Below are positions 17,858-26,598 of a stretch of 28,566 nt of DNA, piece by piece. The notes under the pieces were generated by a model. That model saw only the letters and a program-made list of their open reading frames with translations, ran no database searches and was not told where the DNA came from. The position numbers and the translations under genes are program-made. The stretch comes from a virus (taxonomy: Duplodnaviria; Caudoviricetes): the IMG/VR virus record IMGVR_UViG_3300037751_000108, positions 1 through 28,566 of that record, one strand, 5' to 3'. Every line of letters begins with the position of its first letter. Position 1 is the stretch's first letter.

Positions 17858-18953
17858 ATGGATGGAAAAGTTAACAAAAGACTTCGGTAAGCTTGCCGAA
17901 GATATGCCTAAACCACAGGACAATGTTATCTCACTGTCGTCACCATCGTTCAACTGGGCTGTTGGTAATGGCGGTATCGTGCAAGGTAAGTCTATCTGCT
18001 TATTTGGTCCTGAGTCTGGTGGTAAGTCGTTACTGATGCAACTTATCATGGCACGGATCCAACAGGAAGATCCAGAAGCCATTGGTATCTTATTTGATGC
18101 CGAGTACTCGTTCAACCCTGAGTGGTTTATAAAACTAGGTGGTGATCCTAAGCGACTTATCGTTAGACAGTCTAACGATCCTCTTAAGATCTTTGACTAT
18201 ATGTCCCCAGAGGGAGAGATGTACGAGATGCTTCAAGAGGGTGCACCAATCAGGTTCGTAGGTATCGACTCTGTGAAGGCAATTCGTTATCCCAAAGATA
18301 TCAAGACCAAGAGTACAGATCAGGTTATGGGTGGCGGAGGAGCTTCTTATCTAGGTTCAGCACTCAAGGGTGTTCTTCCTGTTATCAGAGAATTCAATAT
18401 CACTACTATCATGGTTCAGCAGGTATACGAAGAGATGGATAAGTATAAGAAGATGAACAATCCATATATTGTTCCAGATGGTCGTGCCCTTAAGCACTTC
18501 TGTGACTATATGATTCAAGTTGAGAAGCTTGAGACTAAAGCTGGTCGTATCGAGGAAGGAACTAACATCCACGGCGGAGCTCAACAGGTTGGTCATATTA
18601 TTAGAGCTAAATGTAAGAAGAATCGCTTGGCTGCTCCTTATAGGACAGCACAGTTAACACTTCGCTACGAGGGAGGTATCACAGATACCGATGTGGAGTT
18701 GTTCGATCTAGCAAAGAGTCTTGGTGTTATCTATCATCCGATGAAGGATGGCAAGGTGAACAACCAGATGTGGCAGGTCGGTAATCATGATCCTATTCGT
18801 GGCGAGGCTAATATCAGAGACTTTGTTCTCAACAATCCTGATGTGCAGAGGGAGATACTAGCCGAACTTGGAGAGGTTACCGATGAGCAAGTTGCAAGAC
18901 GCAACGTTGAAGTTGCAGTCGCAGATATCAACATTGACGCTGACGACATCTGA
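17847..18953 (+). CDS. recA: RecA/UvsX-like recombinase
   Basis: Walker A GPESGGKS, FDAEYS, Walker B VGIDSV, GRALKHF, KKNRLAAPYR; SD GGAGG supports ATG 17847. Confidence 0.95.
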   Translation: MTTRWMEKLTKDFGKLAEDMPKPQDNVISLSSPSFNWAVGNGGIVQGKSICLFGPESGGKSLLMQLIMARIQQEDPEAIGILFDAEYSFNPEWFIKLGGDPKRLIVRQSNDPLKIFDYMSPEGEMYEMLQEGAPIRFVGIDSVKAIRYPKDIKTKSTDQVMGGGGASYLGSALKGVLPVIREFNITTIMVQQVYEEMDKYKKMNNPYIVPDGRALKHFCDYMIQVEKLETKAGRIEEGTNIHGGAQQVGHIIRAKCKKNRLAAPYRTAQLTLRYEGGITDTDVELFDLAKSLGVIYHPMKDGKVNNQMWQVGNHDPIRGEANIRDFVLNNPDVQREILAELGEVTDEQVARRNVEVAVADINIDADDI

Positions 18954-19236
18954 GATATCAGAGTTTGTTGAAGCTCAAATAAGCCTATTCCATAAGACTG
19001 GACGTGATATACCAGATAAGGTATATATGTCCAATGACGTCGTAAGGGCGCTGATAATAAACAATAAGCGCCTATCTCCAGATAGCTTCTACGATGTCAA
19101 TGTGGCATCACAACTACAGTTTGTCACATCACAGGGTCTTCTTACAGTAGAAAGAGTAAGAGATAAAGAGAACTACATATCTGTTGGTGGCGTTGACTAC
19201 CTGAGTATGCTAGCTGAACAGGAGTTACTTACATGA
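18883..19236 (+). CDS. Small hypothetical protein (paralogue family member 2)
   Basis: PDKVYMSNDVVRAL...TSQGLLTV; start uncertain (ATG 18883 with GAGG, or TTG 18934). Confidence 0.65.
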   Translation: MSKLQDATLKLQSQISTLTLTTSEISEFVEAQISLFHKTGRDIPDKVYMSNDVVRALIINNKRLSPDSFYDVNVASQLQFVTSQGLLTVERVRDKENYISVGGVDYLSMLAEQELLT

Positions 19237-19547
19237 AGTATGTCTCATATAGAGTAGATCCAGCTTGGAGTAATGTGACATGTGAGGTGTTGAACCGAGC
19301 AGTTGAAGAAGCAAAGCATATCAATCCAGGCTTCATTAAGCTAAACCGCAAGGACTTTGGTAGGTTCATACTTGCAATCGCTAGGCCTAGTTTTTTACCG
19401 CTTAGTGATAAGCAGTATGTGCTACATCTACCTACAGCGTATGGCGTACTGCCTATTTTTCCATCAGATAACATTCCTGAGAGTGAGATACGCATACTAC
19501 CTAAAGTAGATGTAGACGAAGAATTTGAGAAGATAGTGCTGTCATGA
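19233..19547 (+). CDS. Small hypothetical protein (paralogue family member 3)
   Basis: ATGA overlaps at both ends; PGFIKLNRKDFGRF...TAYGVLPI. Confidence 0.7.
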   Translation: MKYVSYRVDPAWSNVTCEVLNRAVEEAKHINPGFIKLNRKDFGRFILAIARPSFLPLSDKQYVLHLPTAYGVLPIFPSDNIPESEIRILPKVDVDEEFEKIVLS

Positions 19548-20563
19548 AGATGTTACTAATTGGCGACCCGCATCTAAAAATAACACGATTCGATCTTGCA
19601 AAGCAATTCTTGCACTGGATCAACCAGGTTATATCAGAACATAAACCAGATGTGGTGGTGAACCTAGGAGACACGTTTGATACGCACGCAGTAGTCAGAT
19701 CAGAGATCATGGCTGAGTTTAAGAAGCATGTTCAGCATGCAACCGGTCTAGGTATCAGATATTTCTATATATTAGGCAATCACGACTTCTATACACCTAA
19801 GTCAAGCAAGTACCATGCCCTTCAGTCTATGGAGGATCTACCTAAGTTCCACGTGATAAGTAAGAGAACTGACTTCCCAGGAATAACCATGGTCCCTCAT
19901 CTTCCAGATCACACCCAGTTTCCAAAGGACGTTAATCCTGTCTGCATAGCACATCAGACGTTCGTTGGCGCTGACTATGGTTATATGAGACCAGAGGTTG
20001 GTGTAGACGCCGGTGCTGTAAATGCCGAGATCATCATAAGCGGGCATATTCATGTAAGACAGGAGTTTGGTAAGGTTATATATCCAGGAACCCCGTATGC
20101 ACAGTCTGTTAACGATATAGACCAGCATAAGGGTGTTTTGTTGTTTAATACCGAAACCTACGATAAGAAGTTCATAGAGTCACCCCTCCCTAGGTGGCTA
20201 GGCATAAAAGCCGAGATAGATCAGAGCTTTTCAGTTGAAGACTTACATAATGATCTATCTCAATATCTAGACTCGACCAATCACTGGGTGGTAGAGATAA
20301 CTGGCCCCAAGGCTGAGATCCTGGCATATCTAGGATCTAAGCAGTTTAAGGGTGTAACTAAGGGAGTTGACATAAAAGTCAATACTAAGTTCACCGATAA
20401 GAAGAAACAACAGATACAGATCGAGGCTCTTTCTATGGAGCATATCGTCGACGAGTACGTGAACAAAGTGTATAAAGGTTCGCTAGATAGGAAGGAAATT
20501 TCTTCTAAGGCACTAGAAATACTTAATAAAGTCCGTCAGGGACAAGCTAAGGCTCATCTGTAA
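19544..20563 (+). CDS. sbcD: SbcD/Mre11/gp47-like metallophosphoesterase nuclease
   Basis: GDPH, LGDTFD, GNHD, IAHQ, SGHIH, YPGTP motifs. Confidence 0.93.
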   Translation: MKMLLIGDPHLKITRFDLAKQFLHWINQVISEHKPDVVVNLGDTFDTHAVVRSEIMAEFKKHVQHATGLGIRYFYILGNHDFYTPKSSKYHALQSMEDLPKFHVISKRTDFPGITMVPHLPDHTQFPKDVNPVCIAHQTFVGADYGYMRPEVGVDAGAVNAEIIISGHIHVRQEFGKVIYPGTPYAQSVNDIDQHKGVLLFNTETYDKKFIESPLPRWLGIKAEIDQSFSVEDLHNDLSQYLDSTNHWVVEITGPKAEILAYLGSKQFKGVTKGVDIKVNTKFTDKKKQQIQIEALSMEHIVDEYVNKVYKGSLDRKEISSKALEILNKVRQGQAKAHL

Positions 20564-20572
20564 GTGTAGGCC

Positions 20573-20581
20573 TGGTATAAT
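20573..20581 (+). promoter_or_regulatory. Extended -10 promoter TGGTATAAT
   Basis: Perfect consensus in intergenic gap, SD GAGGAG downstream. Confidence 0.7.
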
Positions 20582-20599
20582 AAAGTGAGAGGAGATTGA

Positions 20600-21061
20600 A
20601 TGGACGCAAAGGAATTAGCTAGATACGTTGACCATGAAAGATGGTTATTAAACAGCGGTTTAGCCAGTGATAGTGCAAAAAATCAACTCTTCTTGTATGG
20701 GTCTATAGTACATAAGGATGTGCGAGCAGTAGAACTTAGTCTCGACTTAGAAAGTAAGCTGGTTAAATACCAGATCTATGTTGAGAAGGATTTACTCAAG
20801 AGACATCTCAGGTACCTGGATCTTATGACATCAAAAAGCCTTTGGGGTCTATGGAGATTCCGGCGTATGCTTAGGAGGGAAGGTAATTTAAACTTTAAGC
20901 ACTTGCTGAATCGGTTCGTAAAAGAATACTGTGGTCCCAAATGGTCAGTCGATTTAGAAGTCGTTGACTACGACAGCTATGTTGATGGATTTGGAGACAA
21001 CGAGGATGAGAGGAAAGAGTCGGCAGAGTCAAATTTTTCAGATCATAAACGGTCTGACTAG
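20600..21061 (+). CDS. Hypothetical protein
   Basis: Strong SD, 153 aa. Confidence 0.8.
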   Translation: MDAKELARYVDHERWLLNSGLASDSAKNQLFLYGSIVHKDVRAVELSLDLESKLVKYQIYVEKDLLKRHLRYLDLMTSKSLWGLWRFRRMLRREGNLNFKHLLNRFVKEYCGPKWSVDLEVVDYDSYVDGFGDNEDERKESAESNFSDHKRSD

Positions 21062-21431
21062 TGACGAAGATTATCGCCAAGAACTTTGGTGTCACTACTT
21101 GTCTGGTGATTCTTCTGCCATGCTTTCTGATCGGCTGACTAAGATCAAGCAAGATAGTGAAAATTACGACCGGTTACAAGAAGCAATCTGGGTGCTATAT
21201 AAGAACCCACCCTCACCTGAGCTACTAGACTTTTTAAGAAGCTTCTCTGAGTTTGAGCAATCGATTATGTTTCTCTTGCTGATGGGCTTCTCAGCTAACG
21301 AGGTGTCGGAGTATAAGGATATAAGCCTAGTAAGAATTAGGCAAATTATCGTAGCGATACAGAACAATCCGGTATGGGAAGATAGATGGCACTTAAACGA
21401 AACTTTACAGACGAAGAACGATACGGACTAA
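21006..21431 (+). CDS. Reduced ECF-type sigma-70-like factor (region 2 remnant + region 4 HTH)
   Basis: DEDYRQELW (region 2.2-like), LRSFSEFEQSIMFLLLMGFSANEVSEYKDISLVRIRQI (region 4); GGAG at 20993 supports ATG 21006. Confidence 0.6.
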   Translation: MRGKSRQSQIFQIINGLTSDEDYRQELWCHYLSGDSSAMLSDRLTKIKQDSENYDRLQEAIWVLYKNPPSPELLDFLRSFSEFEQSIMFLLLMGFSANEVSEYKDISLVRIRQIIVAIQNNPVWEDRWHLNETLQTKNDTD

Positions 21432-21994
21432 CTAAAGAGGAAATCAAGTTAGGAGAGAAGTGGCTTCGTAAGTATAAAACCGCAGGACGGATATCAGAAC
21501 CAGAATCCTTGAAGTTGTTCGAGATGTACCTAATTGGTAGCTCGTTTCACGAGATACACCAGCAGTTTCCTCAACACCCAGTAGATCAGATAATCATGAC
21601 CGCAGCTTTAGCCGGATGGGCAAGCGATAGAGATCGCATGATGCACACCCTTCGAGATAGAGTTCAAGCTAAAGTCGTTAAGTCAGTAGTAGAGCAAGTT
21701 GACTTTCTAACTACACTGTTAGGGGTCACTAACGCTGAACACTTGGATCAGATGCGCAAGTACATAGTTGATCCGGTGAATAATCCTAAGCCGCCGCTTA
21801 GAGTTGAGACGATCAAGGAATATAAAGAAGTAGTTGAAACCCTATATAAGATAGTCGCTGGTGCAACACCTGGCTCTAAGAGTAAAGAGTCAGCTCTGTT
21901 TAATGCCCTGTCGCCTGGCCAACCCGCTGCCGGTTCTATCGAAGACAAAGATGAACAAGAAGTTAATGTAATTGACTTGGCAGATAATGAGTAA
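21386..21994 (+). CDS. Putative terminase small subunit
   Basis: Directly upstream of and coupled to terL; HTH-like GSSFHEIHQQF...W then helical oligomerisation-like segment. Confidence 0.5.
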   Translation: MALKRNFTDEERYGLTKEEIKLGEKWLRKYKTAGRISEPESLKLFEMYLIGSSFHEIHQQFPQHPVDQIIMTAALAGWASDRDRMMHTLRDRVQAKVVKSVVEQVDFLTTLLGVTNAEHLDQMRKYIVDPVNNPKPPLRVETIKEYKEVVETLYKIVAGATPGSKSKESALFNALSPGQPAAGSIEDKDEQEVNVIDLADNE

Positions 21995-23928
21995 TGGCAA
22001 AGAAAGCGAAATCTAAAAAGCTCACACAAGAGCAAAGAATGAAGATACTTCTCACTCCATGTAAGACGCGAGATGAGTTGTATGCTTGGATCAAGTACCA
22101 TCTAGGTCTTGAGTTGCCAGACTGTACCGTGTCTAGATATGCAAATACCAATCCTTTTGATGTTATATGGGAGTTGTATCAGATATTAGTTCTTAAGAAG
22201 AACCCTGACAACATCGAAGAACTGCTATGCGTTGCCGGTCGAGGATCAGGTAAGACGCTTGGCATGGCCATACTTGAATTACTAGTTATCCTGCATGATA
22301 AGAGAGATACGGTCCATGTTGGTGCCATTCAGACACAGGCTGAACGCTGTTATCTATATATTAAGAACTTCATGTACAACAGGAAGCTTCGCGACCTGAT
22401 GATGCCACCAAAGATTCCAGAAGACAAGCGACTTCTTGAGAAGTCGAACATGAGCAAGTCTTACTTTAATATAGGGCCAGATAAGGTTACTCTCGAGGTT
22501 CTTCCTTGTACGCTTAAGGCATGTAATGGTCCTCACGTTCCGCTTGTTGTAGTGGATGAGATCGATACGGTATCTGGTGAAGGTCTTAAGGCATTTAAAG
22601 AGATCTCAGGTATGCTTGACTCTAGGCCTAATCAGAAAGCACTAAGAGTTGGTATCTCTACCCGTAAGAGTAGATACGGTCTCATGAACCAGCAGATCGA
22701 GAACGCCGATTTAGAGGGTAGACATATCAGGAAGTGGACATCTTTTGAGTTCTCAGAGAAATGTCCCGATAGCAGATCAGGAACAGATCCCGTTGACTTA
22801 TATGTCATACAAGACAAAATGGAAGCTGTTACGGAAGAAGAGTTTAACAAGAGAGCACCACAGAAACAGAAAGAGTATGTTAAGTACACCATGCCGGGTA
22901 GTGGGTGCATTACGTGCCCTATCGCATCAGTATGCTTGGGTGATGCCAAGAATCAAAAGTCAACATCGCCAATGTTAAAACCTATAAGCGACATGGTTAA
23001 GAAGGTGCTCACTGAGGGGGCCGATTGGACACTTGCTCAGCTTATGAACCTGAAACCATCAGTTGAGGGCATCATCTACCGCGAGTTTGAAGAGAATATT
23101 CATGTTAAAGACTGGAACCAGATGTGGAAGATACTCACTGGTAAGGAATTCCCAGGTGAGTGTACTCATGATGTATTCGTTACTAAGTGCCACCAGATGA
23201 AGCTACCGTGTTACGCGGGGGTTGACTGGGGATGGTCTAATCCTAATACCGTGGTCTACTTCTTCCTAGATCCTAAGGACAACGTGTACGTAGTTAGAAC
23301 AGATGGCATGACTTATACGTCTCAGCCGTCATGGATACATCACATTAGAACCAAGTACCATAATATGTACAGATGTCAGCTATACTTTCCTGACGTAGCT
23401 GACATGGGTGCGGTAGATGAGATGAAGAAAGCTGGGCTGCCTGTGGCCAACGAGGTTGATAAAAATATCAATCTTGGCGTCCAGGTCATCAAGAAGCTGC
23501 TACGGACCCCTGGAACCCAGGAGCCGAAAATATTCATTTGCAAGGAATTTGGCGGAAATATCATAAATGAGTTCTTGCTTTATCACTTTAAACTAGATGC
23601 TGCCGGCCTAGTTACGGAAACACCAGAGAGTGCAAACGATCACTGGCTGGATGCTCTAAGATACCCACTATCCATGTTATTAGGTAAGTCGACGCTTATG
23701 ATGGCTGACGGTAGTGGCGAGTATAACACTCCAACTACCACTCATGACAATAAGTTTAGACGTACCCCATCGGCGGCTGAGTTTGCTGAGTCGCAAGGTA
23801 TTAAGTTTAATGACGAGGAAGATCGCTCAAAAGTAGGCAAGATCGGCAAGCCCAGTGAGATCCAGGGTGATGATGACGATGGAGATGGTGGAGTGGGTGG
23901 CGATGGTGGATTTTTGTGGAGCTTTTAA
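21994..23928 (+). CDS. terL: Terminase large subunit
   Basis: Walker A GRGSGKT, Walker B VVVDEID, GISTR coupling motif, nuclease GVDWGWSNP and DHWLDALRY. Confidence 0.95.
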   Translation: MAKKAKSKKLTQEQRMKILLTPCKTRDELYAWIKYHLGLELPDCTVSRYANTNPFDVIWELYQILVLKKNPDNIEELLCVAGRGSGKTLGMAILELLVILHDKRDTVHVGAIQTQAERCYLYIKNFMYNRKLRDLMMPPKIPEDKRLLEKSNMSKSYFNIGPDKVTLEVLPCTLKACNGPHVPLVVVDEIDTVSGEGLKAFKEISGMLDSRPNQKALRVGISTRKSRYGLMNQQIENADLEGRHIRKWTSFEFSEKCPDSRSGTDPVDLYVIQDKMEAVTEEEFNKRAPQKQKEYVKYTMPGSGCITCPIASVCLGDAKNQKSTSPMLKPISDMVKKVLTEGADWTLAQLMNLKPSVEGIIYREFEENIHVKDWNQMWKILTGKEFPGECTHDVFVTKCHQMKLPCYAGVDWGWSNPNTVVYFFLDPKDNVYVVRTDGMTYTSQPSWIHHIRTKYHNMYRCQLYFPDVADMGAVDEMKKAGLPVANEVDKNINLGVQVIKKLLRTPGTQEPKIFICKEFGGNIINEFLLYHFKLDAAGLVTETPESANDHWLDALRYPLSMLLGKSTLMMADGSGEYNTPTTTHDNKFRRTPSAAEFAESQGIKFNDEEDRSKVGKIGKPSEIQGDDDDGDGGVGGDGGFLWSF

Positions 23929-23932
23929 CACA

Positions 23933-23941
23933 TGGTATAAT
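23933..23941 (+). promoter_or_regulatory. Extended -10 promoter TGGTATAAT upstream of HNH/portal
   Basis: Perfect consensus just after terL stop; ATG 23949 after a 7-nt spacer. Confidence 0.7.
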
Positions 23942-23948
23942 GATTGAT

Positions 23949-24476
23949 ATGTTAAAGAAATGCAACGGTCCATGCAATAAAGAACTGCCGTTTGATAGTT
24001 TCCATAAAGGAAACGGCAAGTTCAAACTTAAATCAAGATGTAAAGATTGTTGCAAGATTAGTTATAAACCTCGTGCAGCAAATTATCATATAGAATATTA
24101 CAGAAGAAATAAGGAGCTTATATCTACGTATAAAAACGCCTATAGAGAGCGTAATTTAGATAAATGTCGCAATATAGCTAAAGATTACGACCGTAGACAT
24201 AAAGCTGAATGCTGTGCAAGAGAGAATTTTAGAAGAGCACAAAAGTTAAAGGCTACGCCACCATGGTTAACAAATGAACATAAAAGGCAGATTGTAGAGA
24301 TATATCGCGAGCGGGACAGGCTGACACTTGAAACTGGTATAATATATCATGTGGATCATATTTATCCACTTGTGCACGATAAGTTATGCGGCTTGCATGT
24401 ACCGTGGAATTTGCAAATACTTCCTGCTGGTGATAACTTAAGCAAAGGCAATAAGGTGAACCATGAGTTGGTATGA
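23949..24476 (+). CDS. HNH homing endonuclease with N-terminal zinc finger
   Basis: CNGPC...CKDC; HVDHIYPL...CGLHVPWNLQIL...NLSKGNK; AT-rich; sits between terL and portal. Confidence 0.92.
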   Translation: MLKKCNGPCNKELPFDSFHKGNGKFKLKSRCKDCCKISYKPRAANYHIEYYRRNKELISTYKNAYRERNLDKCRNIAKDYDRRHKAECCARENFRRAQKLKATPPWLTNEHKRQIVEIYRERDRLTLETGIIYHVDHIYPLVHDKLCGLHVPWNLQILPAGDNLSKGNKVNHELV

Positions 24477-26370
24477 TGACTGGCTTAAAAAGAGAATTAT
24501 GGACGACGTTGGTGATCTGCTTAAGGCAGATGCCGATAAGCTCCCTAATCAGCCACAGCTAGATGAGAGCCCTAGTGAGCAAATTGGGCGTAAGGCCATC
24601 ATTGATGACCCGTACTTTGAGCACCTTAGCCAGAGTGTGGTGTTTCGCCACAGGATGTCCAGGCTGTCTAATAAGACGCTTAAGGATGTATCTGTACGTG
24701 ACTGGGTCTGTTCAGTGATTATCCAGAATAGATGTGACACTCTTACACGGTATTCCCGTGTCTCCCATGACATATTTAAGCCTGGGTTTAGGTTTGTAAC
24801 TCGTGATCCTAGAGCTAAGATGACTCCGCAGGATGAAGAGAACATCAGAAACCTAGAAGACTTTATATACCACTGTGGACGCACTAAGAACGTTCCAGAG
24901 GACGATAGGATGTTGTTTGGTCAGTTCTTAAAGATGACTGTCCGTGATGCCCTAACGTTTGGACATATAGCTGTTGAGAAGATCAAGACAAGAAGAAAAG
25001 GTCTTCATAGAATTCGTCCACTTCCAGCTGAGTCAGTTTACCTTATAAATAAGCGCGCATCTAGAGAGATGATCGAGAGAGAGCTTAAGAGCGCCAAGAC
25101 AATATATAGAAACTACAGCACCGACAATGATCCTCGTGCAAAGCAGCAAGTAAATGAAGTAGACATAGACTACTTTAAGTATATCCAAACTTCATACGAC
25201 AATAGAACCTTAGCTGTATTTGGTGATGAGGACATGGTCTTCAAGTTATTTAATCCTCAGAACTTTGCTGATTCAAATGGCTACTGCTACTCATTACTTG
25301 AGCTAGCAATTATCAACATTACTAACCACTTGAACGTTGAGAACTACAACTCTAACTTCTTTACACACGGCCAGGCATCACGCGGTATTCTTCACCTTAA
25401 GGGTACAGTTACTCAAAGTCAGATGCACTCATTTAGACGCATGTTCTATAACAACATCTCGGGTGCACAGCATGCATGGAAAACACCTATCATAGCAGGA
25501 CTTGAAGAGGTTCAATGGGTTCCACTTGCCGGCAATGCCAGAGAGATGGAATACATCAATTTCAACAATCACATATTAAGAGCCATCTGTTCTCAGTTTC
25601 AGATAGATCCACTTGAGATCGGACTTGACTATCTTATCTCGCCCACTGGACGAGCCATGTCTGGCCAAAAGAGTCAGTCGGAGAAGATCGAATTCTCTCG
25701 CGAGAGAGGCTTCGAGCCAATCTTGATGTTCTTTGAGGATTTCATCAACTGTGATATTGTCCCATCTATTGATCCTGAGTTGGCAGCTAAGTATAAGTTT
25801 GAGTTCGTTGGCTACGGAGATGAAACTCCTCAGACTCAGGTTGCCCAGTTGCAAGCTGAGATGACTGTTCACTCTTCTATGAACGATCTGCTTCGTGCAG
25901 CTCAGAAAGAGTGCCTTAATATTGAGGGCGCTGATCTTCCGCTAAATCAAGCCTACTGGATGATGATCGAGAAGAACATGACTAAAGGTGAGATTAGAGA
26001 AAAGTTCTTTGGTGACAAAGATGCAGCTAAGAAGCGTGAGCTCCAATACTTTCCAGCTGATCCAGCATTCATGGGATGGCAGCAACTACTATTAACTATC
26101 GATCGTCAGAAGAAGCAAGATGAGATGATGAAGCAGCAGATGGAAGCGCAGGCAAAAACTCAGGAAGTAGAGACTAAGCATGCTGAGGGCGAACATCAAC
26201 GTGAAGAAGAGAAGCATAAGATGGAGCAAGAACAGATGAAGAACGCTGGAGCCCATGCCGCAGTCGGTGAGTCTCTTAAGCAGTCAGCTAAAGCAGTTGG
26301 AGCTGCCGCTAAACCACTAAGTATAGGTGGTCAGTCCGTTGCCAACCCAATAAACAAAGAAGACGAGTAA
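24463..26370 (+). CDS. Phage portal protein
   Basis: RDALTFGHIAVE, IRPLPAESV, YNSNFFTHG..RGIL, ICSQFQIDPLEIG, SMNDLLR; downstream of terL. Confidence 0.9.
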   Translation: MSWYDDWLKKRIMDDVGDLLKADADKLPNQPQLDESPSEQIGRKAIIDDPYFEHLSQSVVFRHRMSRLSNKTLKDVSVRDWVCSVIIQNRCDTLTRYSRVSHDIFKPGFRFVTRDPRAKMTPQDEENIRNLEDFIYHCGRTKNVPEDDRMLFGQFLKMTVRDALTFGHIAVEKIKTRRKGLHRIRPLPAESVYLINKRASREMIERELKSAKTIYRNYSTDNDPRAKQQVNEVDIDYFKYIQTSYDNRTLAVFGDEDMVFKLFNPQNFADSNGYCYSLLELAIINITNHLNVENYNSNFFTHGQASRGILHLKGTVTQSQMHSFRRMFYNNISGAQHAWKTPIIAGLEEVQWVPLAGNAREMEYINFNNHILRAICSQFQIDPLEIGLDYLISPTGRAMSGQKSQSEKIEFSRERGFEPILMFFEDFINCDIVPSIDPELAAKYKFEFVGYGDETPQTQVAQLQAEMTVHSSMNDLLRAAQKECLNIEGADLPLNQAYWMMIEKNMTKGEIREKFFGDKDAAKKRELQYFPADPAFMGWQQLLLTIDRQKKQDEMMKQQMEAQAKTQEVETKHAEGEHQREEEKHKMEQEQMKNAGAHAAVGESLKQSAKAVGAAAKPLSIGGQSVANPINKEDE

Positions 26371-26373
26371 ACA

Positions 26374-26568
26374 TTGATAGTCGCACCTACTACTAGTATG
26401 TCAGCTAGGGAAGACGATTTAATTTTGTATAAACCCACTGGAGCTATCTATTCTGTGATCCAGTGGCAAGAGCGCCTTAAGTTCATCCACATATTAAATA
26501 GATTACAGGTGATTAGCTCCAGGACAGCATTAGACATGGTCTGCAACTTCTACATAATGCGTCTGTAA
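26374..26568 (+). CDS. Small hypothetical protein
   Basis: 64-aa ORF exactly filling the gap; TTG start with weak SD. Confidence 0.4.
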   Translation: MIVAPTTSMSAREDDLILYKPTGAIYSVIQWQERLKFIHILNRLQVISSRTALDMVCNFYIMRL

Positions 26569-26592
26569 CGATTAGTATAATGATCGCAGGAG
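26569..26592 (+). promoter_or_regulatory. -10 box TATAAT in a hairpin loop, followed by SD
   Basis: CGATTA-gtataa-TGATCG then AGGAG. Confidence 0.55.
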
Positions 26593-26598
26593 TTAAAT

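Noticed and set aside
20553-20594. Possible SD-masking stem CTCATCT/AGAGGAG
   Set aside because: Only 6 of 7 pairs over a 28-nt loop and inside the sbcD coding end; not counted among the hairpins
23866-23912. GAT/GGT-rich repeat-like stretch (also 16936-16965)
   Set aside because: Explained by Asp/Gly-rich low-complexity protein tails of TerL and SSB
11472-26370. Inteins or group I introns in dnaE, recA, terL, portal
   Set aside because: Motifs are contiguous, lengths normal, no intein C...HN ends; both endonucleases are intergenic
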